Positions 10,411-22,799 of a stretch of DNA of 34,560 nucleotides are shown piece by piece. The stretch is taken from positions 20,502,808-20,537,367 of the forward strand of contig NC_057720.1 in assembly GCF_004010195.1 (NCBI RefSeq), read 5' to 3'. Source of the stretch: Chiloscyllium plagiosum (lineage: Eukaryota). Position 1 is the stretch's first letter. Every line of letters begins with the position of its first letter. The notes beneath the pieces were generated by a model that was not told the origin of the DNA, made no database searches, and saw nothing but the letters and a program-made list of their open reading frames with translations. The translations under genes were made by a program, and so were the position numbers.

Positions 10411-11142
10411 AGCATGTCAGAAGCTAGGAATCAAGCAGTGAATACTTATACTCCTTACTCATACAGCACAGAAAGAGGCCATTCAGCCCATCAAGTCTGC
10501 ACCAGACCTCTGAAGAGTATCCCACCTTATCCCTGTAACCCCGCATTTAGCATGGTTAGCCCACCCAGCCTGCGTATCCCTGGACACTATGGACAATTTC
10601 CCATGGCCAATCCATCTAGTTATAGGAAGGATGTTATTAAAGTGGAAAGAGTGCAAAAAAAATTTACAAGGATGTTGCCGAGATTCAATGGTCTGAGTTA
10701 TAGGGAGAGGTTGGACAAGCTAGGACATTTTCTTTAGAGCACAGGAGACTGAGGGGGAGGGGTTGCCTTATGGAGGTGTATAAAATCATGAGAGGTATGG
10801 ATAGGGTGAATGCACTCAGGCTTTTTCCTAGGTTTGGGGAATCAAGGACTAGAGGACATCAGATTTTTTCCTGTCCAGGAGCAGCGGGAGACACAGCGGA
10901 GGTGACGTGGAGACTAGGAGGGTACTGGGAAGGTAAGGATTTAGTATATATTTGGGCAGCGGCTAAACCTAAACCCTCCCTCCTGCAACACCCCCCCCCC
11001 CCCACCCCCTGCCACCACCACCCAACCAGAAGAAAAAGACTCTTTAAGGTAAGGATTTTATTTTATTATTTCCTTTACTTTTTTTATATATATTTAAGTG
11101 AATTGTTTGGTTTTAGTTAGTTGATATAAAGCTAAGCTTACA

Positions 11143-12056
11143 ATGGCAGGGCACCTCAGACCCATGGCATGTGCCTCTTGCTTGATGTGGGAGCTCAGTG
11201 ACGTGGCTGGCGTTCCTGACTCTTACCCCTGTAAGAAGTGTGTCCAGCTGCAGCTCTTGTTTGACCGCATGACGGCTCTGGAGCTGCGGATGGATTCACT
11301 GTGGAGCATCTGCGATGCTGAGGAGGTCGTGGATAGCACGTTTAGTGAACTGGTCACACTGCAGGTTAGGATTGCTGAGGGAGACAGTGAATGGGTGACC
11401 AAAAGGCAGAAAAAGAGTAGGAAAGCAGTGCAGGTGACCTCTGCGGTCACCTCCCTCCCAAACAGGTATACCGTTTTGGATACTGTTGGGGGAGATGGCT
11501 CACCAGGGGAAGGCAGCAGTTGCCAGGATCATGGCACCGTGGCGGGCACTGCTGTTCAGAAAGGTGGGAAAAGACTTGTAGGGCCATAGACATAGGGGAT
11601 TCTATCGGGGGTTCTGCAGATGATATGTTGCCTCCCAGGTGCTCGGGTCAGGGATGTCACCGATTGGCTGCAGAGCATTCTAAAAGGGGAGGGTGAACAG
11701 CCAATTGTCTTGGTGCATATAGGCACCAACGATATAAATCAAAAAACTAGATGAGGTCCTGAAAGCATAATTCAGGAAGCTAGGAGAAAAGTTAAAGGGG
11801 AGGACCTCAAAGGTAATGATCTCAGGATTACTACCAGTGCCACGTGCTAGCCAGCATGGAAATGAAAGAAATAGGCAGGATTAACAGGTGGCTTGAGAGA
11901 TGGTGTAGGAGGGAGGGGTTCAGATTTGTTGGACATTGGGACCAGTTCCGGGGAAGGTGGGACTATTACAAAATGGACGGTCGACATCTGAACCAGACTG
12001 GAACCAATGTCCTTGGGGGAGTTTTTGCTACTGCTGTTGGAGAGGTTTTAAACTAA
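11143..12056 (+). pseudogene. CR1 ORF1: zinc finger/leucine zipper + SGNH esterase domain, frameshifted
   Basis: CASC..CKKC, then IGDS, CCLPGARV, LVHIGTND, ISGLLPVP, DGRHLN. Confidence 0.85.
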
Positions 12057-12189
12057 TGTGGCAAGGGGTTGGGAACCAGAAGAGAAAACAAGTAGGCAGT
12101 GAGGTGGAGACTGGAAACTGTAAGAATCATGAAGATAGCAGTAATAAGGGGAAGAGTAGACAGAGAGCAGATGAACACAAAAGAACTGG

Positions 12190-14900
12190 TGGCCTGAAGT
12201 GCATACACTTTAATACAAGGGTGCAGTGAGTAAGGCAGATGAACTTAGGGCTTGGATTAATGCCTGGGAGTATAATGTTATTGCAAACACAGAGACTTGG
12301 TTGAAGGAAGGGCATGATTAGCAACTAAATGTTCCAGGATATAGACGTTTCAGACAGGACAGGGAGGGAAGTAAAAAAAAAGAGGGGGGTTGGAGTTGCA
12401 TTGCTGGTCAGGGATGATATCACGGCTGTGCTAAAGGAGGACATTATGGAGGGCTTGGGGACAGGCATTGTAGGTGGAGCTGAGAAATAAGAAGGGTGCA
12501 GTTACATTGTTGGGGCTGTGTTACAGGCCCCCCAACAGTGAGTGAGAGGTGGAAGAACAAATAGGTAAACAGATTATGGAAAGATGTAGAGGCAATAGGG
12601 TAGTGGTGATAGGAGATTTTAATTTTCCCAACATTATCTGGGATAGACTTAGTGTCAGAGGTCTGGGTGGAGTAGAATTGTAAGAAGCATCCAGGAGAGT
12701 TTTCTAGAGCAGTATGTCAATAGTCCGACAAGAGAAGGGGCCATATTGGACCTGGTGTTAGGGAATGAGTCAGGCCAGGTTGTAGATGTTGCATTGGGGT
12801 ATTTCTTTGGGAACAGTGACCACAATTCTGTAAGTTTTAGAATACTCGTAGATAAAGATGAGAGTGGTCCTAAGGGAAGAGTACTAAACTGGGCCAAGGT
12901 CAATTATATCAAAATTAGGCAGGAGCTGGGAAATGTGGATTGGACACAGTTATTTAAAGGGAAGTCCGCATTTGAGATGTGGGAGTCTTTCAAAGAGAGG
13001 TTAAAGATAGTGCAGGATAGGCATGTCCCGTTGAAGGCAAAGGATAGGAAAGGCAAGATTCGTGAACCTTGGATGACAGGAAAAATTGTGCAACTAGCCA
13101 AGAGGAAAAGGGAAGTGTACATAAAGTCCAGGCAGCGAAGAACAGAATGGGCTCTAGAGGAATATTGGAAGAGTAGGACCAGTCTTAAACGAGGAATCAA
13201 GCGGGCTAAAAGGGGTCATGAAATAGCTTTACCGAGCAGAATTAAGGAGAATCCCAAAGCCTTTTATTCTTATACAAGAAGAAAGCAGGTAACTAGAGAA
13301 AGAATTGGCCCACTAAAGGATAATGAAGGAAGGCTGTGTGTCGAACCTGAGAGAATGTGTAAGATTCTGAATGATTGCTTTGCATCAATGTTCACTGAGG
13401 AGAGGAACAATGTTGAGATTAGAAATAGAAGTTTGAATAGTCTGGATCACATTGACATAAGTAGGGAAGATGTGTTGGGTAGGCTAGCAGTTATTAAGGT
13501 GGACAAACTCCCAGGACAAGATGGGATCTATCCCAGATTGTTGAGGGAGGTGAGAGAGGAAATAGCTGGGGCACTGACAGATATCTTTGTGGCATCCTTA
13601 AATACAGGTGAGGTGCCGGAGGACTGGAGGGTTGCTCATGTTGTCCCCCTGTACAAGAAGGGTAGTAGGGATATTCCGGGTAACTACAGACCAGTGAGCC
13701 TGACATCGGTGGTGGGAAAGTTGCTGGAGAAGGTACTGAGGGATAGGATCTATTTATAGTTAGAAAAGAATGGGCTTATCAGTGAAAGGCAACATAGTTT
13801 TGTGCGGGGGAGATCGTGCCTTACCACCTTAATAGAGTTCTTTAGTAAGGCTTTTGATAAGGTTCCCCATTGTAAACTAATACAGAAAGTGAAGTCACAT
13901 GGTGTGCAGGGCCTTCTAGCTAGGTGGATAAAGAACTGGTTGAGTAACAGGAGACAGAGAGTAGTAATTGAAGGGAGTTTTTCATAATGGAGAAAGGTGA
14001 CCAGTGGTGTTCCACAGGGGTCAGTGTTGGGGCCACTGTTGTTTTTGATATATATAAATGATCTGGAAGAGGGCACTGTTGGTATGATGCAGTTTGCAGA
14101 TGACACGAAGATTGTTGGAGTAGCAGAACGCATGAGGGACTGTCAAAGAATGCAGGAGAATGTAGATAGACTGGTGAGTTGGGCGGAGAAGTGACAGATG
14201 GAGTTCAATCCAGGCAAATGTGAGATGATGCATTTTGGGAAGTCTAATTCTAGAACGAATTATACAGTGAACGGAAGAGTCTTGGGAAAAGTTGATGAGC
14301 AGAGAGATCTGGGAGTGCAGGTCCATTGTACCCTGGAGGTGGCTGCACAGGTGGATAGAGTGTTCAAGAAGGCATATAGTATGCTTTCCTTCATTGGATT
14401 GGGAGTTGAGTACAGGAGTGGCAGGTCATGTTAAAATTGTACACAACATTAGTTCGGCCATGTTTAGAATACTGTGTACAGTTCTGGTCACCACATTACC
14501 AAAAGGATGTGGACGCTTTGGAGAGAGTGCAAGGAAGGTTTACGAGGATGTTGCCTGGTATCGAAGGTGCTAGCTATGAAGAGAGGTTAAGTAGGTTAGG
14601 CTTATTTTCATTAGAAAAAAGGAGATTGAGGGGGGACCTGATTGAGGTTTACAAAATCATGATGGGTATAGACAGGGTAGATAGAGATAAGCTTTTTCCC
14701 AGGGTGAAGAATTGAGTAACGAGAGGTCACGTTTTCAAGGTGAGAGGTGAAAAGTTTAAGGGGGACATACGCGGCAAGTACTTTACACAGAGGGTGGTGG
14801 GCGTTTGGAACACGTTGCCAGCAGAGGTATAGCGGCAGGCACGTAGATTCATTTAAGATGCGTCTGGACAGATGCATGAGTAGGTGGGGAGCAGAGGGAT
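12190..14900 (+). pseudogene. CR1 ORF2: APE endonuclease + reverse transcriptase, disrupted
   Basis: [63 protein letters not shown]. In-frame stops (e.g. 13757-13759). Confidence 0.93.
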
Positions 14901-15449
14901 ACAATTGCTTAGGAATTGGCCAACAGGTTTAGACAGTACATTTGGATTGTCTCAGGCTTGAAGAGTCGAAGGGTCTGTTCCTGGGCTGTAAATTTTCTTT
15001 GTTCTTTGTAGAGGGGAAGAATAAAAGGGAACCTGACAGGCAATGTTTTTACACAGAGGGTGGTAAGCATGTGGAATGAGCTGCCAGCTGACGTGTTTGA
15101 GGCAGGTACATTAACAACATTTAAAAGGCATTTAGACAAATACGTGGACAGGAAAGGTATGGAAGGACATGGGCCAAGTGCAGGGAAATGGGGTTAGCGT
15201 GGACAGATATTTGGGTCGGCATGGACCAGTGTGGGTCAAAGGGCCTGTCTATGTACTGTAGAACTCTATAACTCTATGACCTGTCTTGCACATCTTTGGA
15301 TTGTGGGAGGAAACCAGAGCACTCAAAGGAAATCCACGCAGACACGGGGAGATTGTGCAAATGCCACATCAAGAGTCACCCAAGGCTAAAATTGAACCCC
15401 AATCACTGGCTCTGTGAGCCAGCAGTGCTAACCACTGAGCAACCCGAAA

Positions 15450-15985
15450 GCTTTACTCTCCAAAGCCTGTCCACCATCTTCAAAGCTCAAATCAGGAGTC
15501 TGCTTGAAGTTGCCTGGTTGAGTGCAGCTCCAACAACATACAAAAAACTTGACATCATCCAAAATAAAGCAGACATTGATTGACACCACATAAACAAACA
15601 TAGACTTCCTTCACCACCAATACTCAGTAATTGCTGTGTGTACCAACAGCAGCAGAAATTCACCAAGACTCCTCACACAGCACCTTCGAAACCCACAGTC
15701 TCTACCAGCCAGAAGGACAAGGGCAGCAGATACATGAAAACACCAACACCTGCAAATTCTCCTCCAAGCCACTCACCATCCTGACTTGGAAATATATTGG
15801 CGTTTCTTCAGTGTCACTAGGTCTGAATCCTGGAACTCGCTCTCTAACAACATTGCGGGTCAATCTGCAGCATGTGTATAGCAATGCTTGAAGAAAGCAG
15901 CTCACCACCACCTCCTTGAGGGTGATCAAGAGTGGGCAATCATTCCAGGCCAGCCAGTGATACCCACATCCGTAAATGAATTGAA
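15450..15985 (+). mobile_element. 3' part of a CR1/L2-group LINE
   Basis: LQSLSTIFKAQIRS..AWLSAAPTTYKKLDIIQNKA resembles an RT C-terminal region. Homologous to 3760-4068. Confidence 0.75.
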
Positions 15986-18744
15986 AAATGAGATTCACAC
16001 AGCAATATAAATTTGGGTGTTTACCCATTGAAGAATGGCTAGACACTGCTCACTATGTAACAATTTAAATTGGGATCTGGGAATACACAGGAATTTGTAA
16101 AAGGCCAATACAATCAATCAGACTGAGCCCAAAATCTGCAGACAGGGCACATCTCACACCTTAAATTTGTTTTGCTGTGTTTATTTTTAAATGAAAACCT
16201 TATCTCTGAGGAGAGCGAAGAATCTTTCGACATATGTTCATGCTAATCATCTTGGGTTATCAATTCAATTCCATCAATTATAGTACATGGTGAGTAACTA
16301 GAACACTTCAGCATGTTAATGCTGTCCCCTTAAAATTACACCCAATAATCTCCATTTGGGTTCTGCCAACAAATTGATATAATCCCACTGGAATGGGAAT
16401 AAAAATCCATTAGACTTGCTCTGGAAACCTATTCCCATTACTGCTAGGATATGACTTGGATAGAGAATGATTAGAATGTCTAAGGAGATAGTCTACTCAA
16501 GACACAAGAGATTCTGGGTTGTCTTTGATCTCAACTAATAGGATGGGTATCAAAACAGCTCTTAAAATCCATGTAGCTAACACACTATAAAATTGATTGC
16601 AGAGAGTAGAGTTTCAAAACTTTCAATACCATTTACTTGTCTTTTTAAGACTTATGTTAGAAAAGAGCTCAGCGACCCAGTGTAGCTAACATTCATGCAC
16701 TTTCCAGATACACTAAGACTGTGCCAACATTATCCAAATGATACTACAGCAATAGAACTGGAAGGATTTGCAGCAACCACCAATCATGCCAACTTCGTGT
16801 TCAGAAGATTAAAAGGTGCCAGTGCAACACTGCAGCTACACTCTCCAATTTTCTGGCTCTTACAAAGAATTTTTGCCATAAGCTCTTCACTTATATTTCA
16901 GGGCCCAAGACAGCAACATCAAACAGAGATTTTCAATTCCCTCTATTCAATGTCATGTGGGGAAGGTGATATGGGAGCATGGATTGTCAGCAGAGGAGGC
17001 AATACAATGGAGAAGACCCATTTCAGACTGCTCTCCACAATCTGCCATTTTAACTATGCCATCTGGAGTAGGCAGTGAAACCTGCCAGAAACCTGATTAA
17101 ATGAAGATTATTCAGCGTCTCAAGGTGGTCATGAGACTCCTGATGGCTTCTTAGCCTGTCCTCAAACCACCCACTGCAGTCATCCTTCCAAATGAACTCT
17201 TTGGGAATCCACTGAGACCCACTGAGGTTAAAAACAAAAGTAAGTAAACTTTTGTTTCAAATATAGAAGGAAGTCCCAGGAAGAACGAGTGAGCGCCCTC
17301 TCTGATTCACCTTGCTAACAGAAGCCTTGCTCCAAAATGAGTCTGTGATGCACAACTGACTAGGCAGTTTGATATTGGGACGTTGGGATGATTGGGATGG
17401 TCTACAGGCAAACCACCAGCAGTCTTTTCCCTCTTGTTCCATCAAGCAAGCCCTTCCCATCTCCCTTCATCTGTGAGGACACCCCAAGGCCCAGACAATC
17501 TCACTCCATGGTGTTAAATGTGAAATGGAAAGATAATTTAAATTTGAAGCACATGCCCTGACCAAATATTTTAACAATGTACCTACCTCTGAAGAATTAG
17601 TTAGTCATCCACTCACCAACCTCGCTTTCTACCAGAAACAGATGCCTTGAATGCAGTTTTGCCAACTTAATTATTTTTACTCATTCTGCCCATCTTTCAA
17701 TGTTAGCATTGTTGTACAATGATCTGGCTTCACTCTTTCCATTGGCTACATACTGGAACAGCAAATCTTGTCTGTGTTTGGACGACACTCTAGTAAAGTC
17801 CAATGTTATATAAAAATTCATGTGGCATGTTTCTCATTAGAAGGTCTATTTCACAAACTCAATGTTAGACTGGTGGAAATGAATGTCAGAGGTCATGGTA
17901 GATATTTGTTGGTTTGGGCATCAGCCAAGTCATTTAGTTATAACTATTTAATTAAATCACTAACTTAAGCTCCAATCATATTGACTCTGTCTGTAGCTCT
18001 TCCTCAACTACATTAAACGTTTCAGAGCACATAATGTCTCTTTAACCACTTTCTTGACTTGTTTAACTCACAAATATAATTACTTCCAGATTTCTTTACT
18101 TTGCATTCTTCTTCAGCTAGCAACCAAATGCTGGGTTTTACATATTCCCCCATGTTTGGGAAGTTGAAAATCCAGAACTGACATTCTGTAAATGTTATAA
18201 AAATAGCTTTTCCTGTAAAGTCATTGCTTCCAGTTCTCCCAGGTTACTTCCCACACTTTTCAAATATTTCTTGTAAAATGGTGCTTATTTTCATCTTTTG
18301 TCCAACCTGCCTTCACTTCAGTCTTTTTCTTGGTTTATATCTGCCCCTTCTTTATTTCTCAAGGCCTTATTCCTGTAAGTAAACTGCTTTCTGCATGGAC
18401 AGCAACCTCATCTATGTTTCCCTCTTTAGTGAACTCGTTCTGATTGCTTTTATTTTCTCAGTCCTCTTTCCCAGTTTAACGTTCTGTCAGACAGCTAACA
18501 TCATTGTCCAAAGTGGAATCCAGCTTGCTGACGTCTTTCTTTTGGCCATGCCTTGTTTTCCCTGATTCCCTTCCCCATCCTAGCCCATGAGTAAGGAAGT
18601 ATTTCTGAGGTTAATACCTGTGACATCTGCTCCTAATACATCTCGCTGAACTACAGGGTTATCTTTACTTTCTTCATGGCTCCTACACAAACTGTGATAA
18701 CTGTTTGCTTTCATTCCCATTGTTCAAGCTTTTCCCATCTTTGT

Positions 18745-19065
18745 GGGCGGCACGGTGGCACAGTGGTTAGCACTGCTGCCTCACAGCGCCAGAGACCCGG
18801 GTTCAATTCCTGCCTCAGGTGACTGACTGTGTGGAGTTTGCACGTTCTCCCCGTGTCTGCGTGGGTTTCCTCCGGGTGCTCCGGTTTCCTCCCACAGTCC
18901 AAAGATGTGCAGGTCAGGTGAATTGGCCATGCTAAGTTGCCTGTAGTGTTAGGTAAGGGGTAAATGTAAGGGTATGGGTGGGTTGCGCTTCGGCGGGGTC
19001 GGTATGGACTTGTTGGGCCGAAGGGCCTGTTTCCACACTGTAATGTAATCTAAAAATCTAATCTA
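18745..19065 (+). mobile_element. Full-length HE1-type tRNA-derived SINE
   Basis: A box TGGCACAGTGG, B box GGTTCAATTCC, conserved core TGTGGAGTTTGCACGTTCTCCCCGTGTCTGCGTGGG, CR1-like 3' end, (AATCT)n tail. Confidence 0.92.
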
Positions 19066-21054
19066 CTTGATGTATCCTATAGCCGAGGAGTCAATGCAGC
19101 ATTTATATCTTGTGCTTCCAAGAATCAAACCCTCTTGCTATGAGAATTCCTCCTCACCACAGTCACAAATATTTGAGAAGCTAAGGTTTTCTGAGCATCC
19201 CTGTTGAGCCCATTACCTTCCATCTCTTCCCAATTCCTCAGATAATTACCCAACATTTCTAGCCCATGTCTCATCAGTGTGACCACCCTCTCAAACAGTC
19301 ACTCCGGAAGATTGCTGTCTGATTGTCATTGCACTACCATGAGCTGGAAAGCCATTCGGAGAAAGTACAGCAGTTCAAACCAATGTAAATCTGAATGAAA
19401 GACAAACAATTATTTTCCGATATAAAAAAGCTTTTAACAACATAACCAGATTTTATCCATCCCACTCTGTAAACTGAAACACACTCAACCCACATTTGTT
19501 AAATGGAAACAAATTTAAAATGGTTATTGTGACATAAAGTCAAGCCATTTTGGTTTGGAATCATCTAAATCTCACATCCTTGATGGCAGCGCCTGATATT
19601 TATTAATATCTTTGACCATCTGCACTTGTTCCACTCTCACCCTCTCTTATTTAACGCTTTCAGGACAAAGCAGTCAATAAATTGTAGCTCAGGGAGATCA
19701 AGAAGAAATCTATGCTGTATTTGCTGACTTCTCTGTGATTGTCAGATCTGTGAAAGGTTCCAATGAATTAAATTCCACTACAGTGGATGTCAATGACTCT
19801 GGTAAGATTACATTTATTAGAGATTCCTCATTCATAGTGGGCAATGTCTTATGTAATTCATATTGTAATTATTTTTAATCAACCTGTTCAGACATAGTTT
19901 AATCTACCTCTGGCATAGGTGGGATTTGAACTTGAGCCTCCGAGCTCAGTGGTAAGGACACTACAAAAGTTCCTCAAATGGACAGCTCTGCTTTCATTGA
20001 ATTTGAACAGCTGCCATGGTGAGATAAGAATCTGCAATACCCAGAGCATTAGCCTTGGATTCCTACAATCAACAACATTAGCACTTCACCTCCACCTCCC
20101 CTTAAGGAGAGCTGTTGGACATAGTAGATATTTTTAATTGACATATTTGGACATAGGAGAAAGTGAGGACTGCAGATGCTGGAGACCAGAGTTGAAAAAT
20201 GTGGTGCTGGAAAAACACAGCATGCCAGGCAGCATCTGAGGAGCAGGAGAATCCGCCTCTGCCGCATCTGCTCCCAGGAGGACCAATTCGACTACCGAAC
20301 AACCCAGATGGCCTCCTTCTTCAAAGACCGCAATTTCCCCTCCCCCAACGTGGTCGGCGATGCTCTCCACCGCATCTCCTCCACTTCCCGCACCTCTGCC
20401 CTTGAACCCCGCCCCTCCAATCGCCACCAGGACAGAACCCCACTGGTCCTCACCTACCACCCCAACAACCTCCAGATATATCGTACCATCCTTCGTCATT
20501 TCCGCCACCTCCAAATAGACCGCACCACCAGGGATATATTTCCCTCCCCACCCCTATCAGCGTTCCGGAGAGACCACTCCCTCCGTGACTCCCTCGTCAG
20601 GTCCACACCGCCCACTAACCCAACCTCCACTCCCGGCACCTTCCCCTGCAACCGCAAAAAGTGCAAAACTTGCGCCCACACCTCCCCCCTTGGCCCCAAT
20701 GGATCCTTTCATATCTGTCGCAAATTCACCTGCACCTCCACACACATCATTTACTGTATCCGTTGCACCCGATGTGGTCTCCTCTACACTGGGGAGACAG
20801 GCCGCCTACTTGCGGAACGTTTCAGGGAACACCTCTGGGACACCCGCACCAACCAATCCAACCGCCTCGTGGCTGAACACTTTGACTCCCCCTCCCACTC
20901 CGCCAAAGACATGTAGGTCCTTGGCCTCCTTCATCGCCAGACCCTGACCACACAATGCCTGGAGGAAGAGCGCCTCATCTTCCACCTAGAAACCCTCCAA
21001 CCATACGGGATGAATGTAGATTTCTGCAGCTTCCTCATTTCCCCTCCCCCCACC

Positions 21055-21095
21055 NNNNNNNNNNNNNNNNNNNNNNNNNNNNNNNNNNNNNNNNN
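21055..21095. other. Assembly gap (41 N)
   Basis: Run of n. Confidence 1.
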
Positions 21096-21099
21096 CCTC

Positions 21100-21136
21100 A
21101 TTCCTGAAGAAGGGCTTATGCCCGAAACGTCGATTT
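21100..21136 (+). ncRNA. Minimal hammerhead-ribozyme motif in Penelope terminal repeat
   Basis: CTGAAGA-A-GGGC TTAT GCCC-GAAA-CGTC: CUGANGA core, stem II, GAAA and a GUC site. Confidence 0.65.
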
Positions 21137-21220
21137 TCCTGCTCCTCGGATGCTGCCTGTTTTTCCAGCACCACATTTTTCAACTCTGGTCTCCAGCATC
21201 TGCAGTCCTCACTTTCTCCT

Positions 21221-21395
21221 AGGGCAACTTAGCATGACCAATTCACCTGCACATCTTCGGACTGTGAGAGGAAACCCATGCAAACACAGGGAGAACGTGC
21301 AAACTCCACACAGACAGTCGCCCGAGGCAGGAATTGAACCCAGGTCCCTGGTGCTGTGAGGCAGCAGTGCTAACCACTGAGCCACCGTGCCACCC
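21221..21395 (-). mobile_element. HE1-type SINE, 5' half
   Basis: GGAATTGAACCC and GCTAACCACTGAGCCACCGTGCC are the reverse-complement B and A boxes. Confidence 0.88.
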
Positions 21396-22175
21396 CTTTC
21401 ATCTGACCTATCTCTAACCTATCAACCTGTAACACGCTGGATCAAGACAAACATGCCACATATGAAAGCTCACCTGACATTTATTAATCTGCTAACTAAA
21501 TTTATCTTAACAACAACAGGCTTAGAAAGATATAACATGGCACATGTCCCCTGTTTTTTGTTATGGCAGGATATCAAAGCTGTCCTTTATCAATTGACTT
21601 TCTAGACCACTTTTAAATCAGTGGCTCATCAATGTAATAAACACAAGTGTAAATCAGGATGGTGATCATTACTCTGGGGGTTCTACTCTCAACATTTAAA
21701 CAACCAATAAGTCCTTACAAGAAGATTGCAGGTCAAGAGGATGTGAGCAATGTCACATTTTATTCAGCGTATTGAAATATTCATAATACACCTTTAACTT
21801 TTGGGATGTCTATTTGTATATAACAAAATAACATGCATGTCTAAAGTAAACCAAAGTACATACTGTATTTTAAATGTGTGCACTCTCTTTCACCTCCATA
21901 GTATTAAATCTTCTCATTAGGAGGGAGGCTTACTACAGGAGAAGGTTGGAAGTCAGAGAATACACTGTCATCATCCATAGGGCACTTTCTTGTTACACTT
22001 TCATTTCCAGCTGTCAAAGTGCCGCAAGTTGCTAAGACCATCCTCCTAAATTTGGTATAATGGCTATACAGTCAGGTATCAGCAGGAAAAGGCGCACAGA
22101 TCTGGACACATCTCATATATACCCAACTGTGAGGGCAATTCACTGATTCCACCACCTCCATAACCACCAACACTA

Positions 22176-22375
22176 AGTTGTGGCTGTGGTTGTGGGTATG
22201 TTCGCCGAGCTGGGAAGTTGATTGGAAGATGATTCGTCTCCTGTCTCGGTGACATCTTCAGTGATTTGGAGCCTCCTGTGAAGCGCTGCTATTCTGTGTC
22301 TTCCGAAATTTATTTGGTTCCATTCCTGCTGCTTCCCATTGCAGTTCCAGTTGTTCGTTGTAATGGCCGGGATAT
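22176..22375 (-). mobile_element. 3' end of a second Penelope-like family with a decayed hammerhead motif
   Basis: Minus strand reads CACTGAAGATGTCACCGAGACAGGAGACGAATCATC, then CCCAGCTCGGCGAAC and an ACA-rich tail. Family assignment is by resemblance only. Confidence 0.55.
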
Positions 22376-22411
22376 TGGAAAGCAGCAAGAATAGAATCAA
22401 ATAAATTTTGC

Positions 22412-22490
22412 AGGCCTGAGCTGCTGCGCTTTTCCAGCACTACTCTAATCTTGACTCTAATCTCCAATATCTGCAATACTCACTTGCTCC
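22412..22490 (+). mobile_element. Penelope terminal-repeat fragment
   Basis: GCCTGAGCTGCTGCGCTTTTCCAGCAC..CTCCAATATCTGCAATACTCACTT is homologous to 21150-21220. Confidence 0.65.
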
Positions 22491-22799
22491 CAGCTAACAT
22501 TGGTACAGATTCCCACAAGTACGCCATCTGTTGTGCAAGGTCAGTACCAAACATAGCCACTCAAAGCAATACCCTGGAGGCTTTACACCAAGTGTTTCAA
22601 CACTACAACCTTTTTTGCTTTGTCCATGCTATCAGGAAAATGGATTTTCGAATGGAAATACCCTTTTTATTTTGGAAAAAGAAGAGTAATAAAAAATGTA
22701 AGGAAGCCTAACAAGTCAGTTTGCTTCAAATGCAGATTTCACCCTTCTGTCGGTATTCTGTCGCACATTTCCAATATGCAGTGACATAAAGAATATGTG

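Larger units (their letters stand above)
10864..15007 (+). mobile_element. Near full-length CR1 LINE (5' UTR, ORF1, ORF2, 3' tail), inactivated
   Basis: ORF1 and ORF2 motifs in the expected order. 3' tail TTCTTTGTTCTTT. Confidence 0.93.
10618..15280 (+). mobile_element. 5'-truncated CR1 (10618-10863 + 15008-15280) split by a second CR1
   Basis: YRKDVIKVERVQKKFTRML..ESRTRGHQ resumes at 15008 as RG..KGNLTGNVFTQRVVSMWNELP and ends in a CTCTATAACTCTATGA tail. Confidence 0.85.
10455..15444 (-). mobile_element. HE1-like SINE split by CR1 insertions (halves at about 10455-10617 and 15280-15444)
   Basis: Left half ends CATGGCCAATCCATCTA and right half resumes TGCACATCTTTGGATTGTGGGAGG. These are contiguous in intact copies (e.g. 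27757-27800). Confidence 0.75.
20155..21220 (+). mobile_element. Penelope-like element, 5'-truncated, with an inverted copy of its terminal repeat at the 5' end
   Basis: ORF 20176-20916 contains RICS, PLVLTYHP, SLRDSLVRS, CNRKKCKTC, IIYCIRCTRCGLLYTGETGR..RFREH (GIY-YIG). 20155-20252 is an inverted copy of about 21131-21220. Confidence 0.92.

Noticed and set aside
16695..17078. 127-aa ORF
   Set aside because: No recognisable motif or splice support; consistent with chance.
18745..18820. tRNA gene (A and B boxes)
   Set aside because: It is the tRNA-derived head of a multicopy SINE.
17700..19390. Purine-rich minus-strand stretch, possibly an old retroelement or exon (acceptor-like site near 19391)
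   Set aside because: All frames close quickly and I found no convincing gag or integrase motif.
19880..20100. SINE-head-like remnants (GGATTTGAAC)
   Set aside because: Only B-box-like words are visible; boundaries and family cannot be supported.
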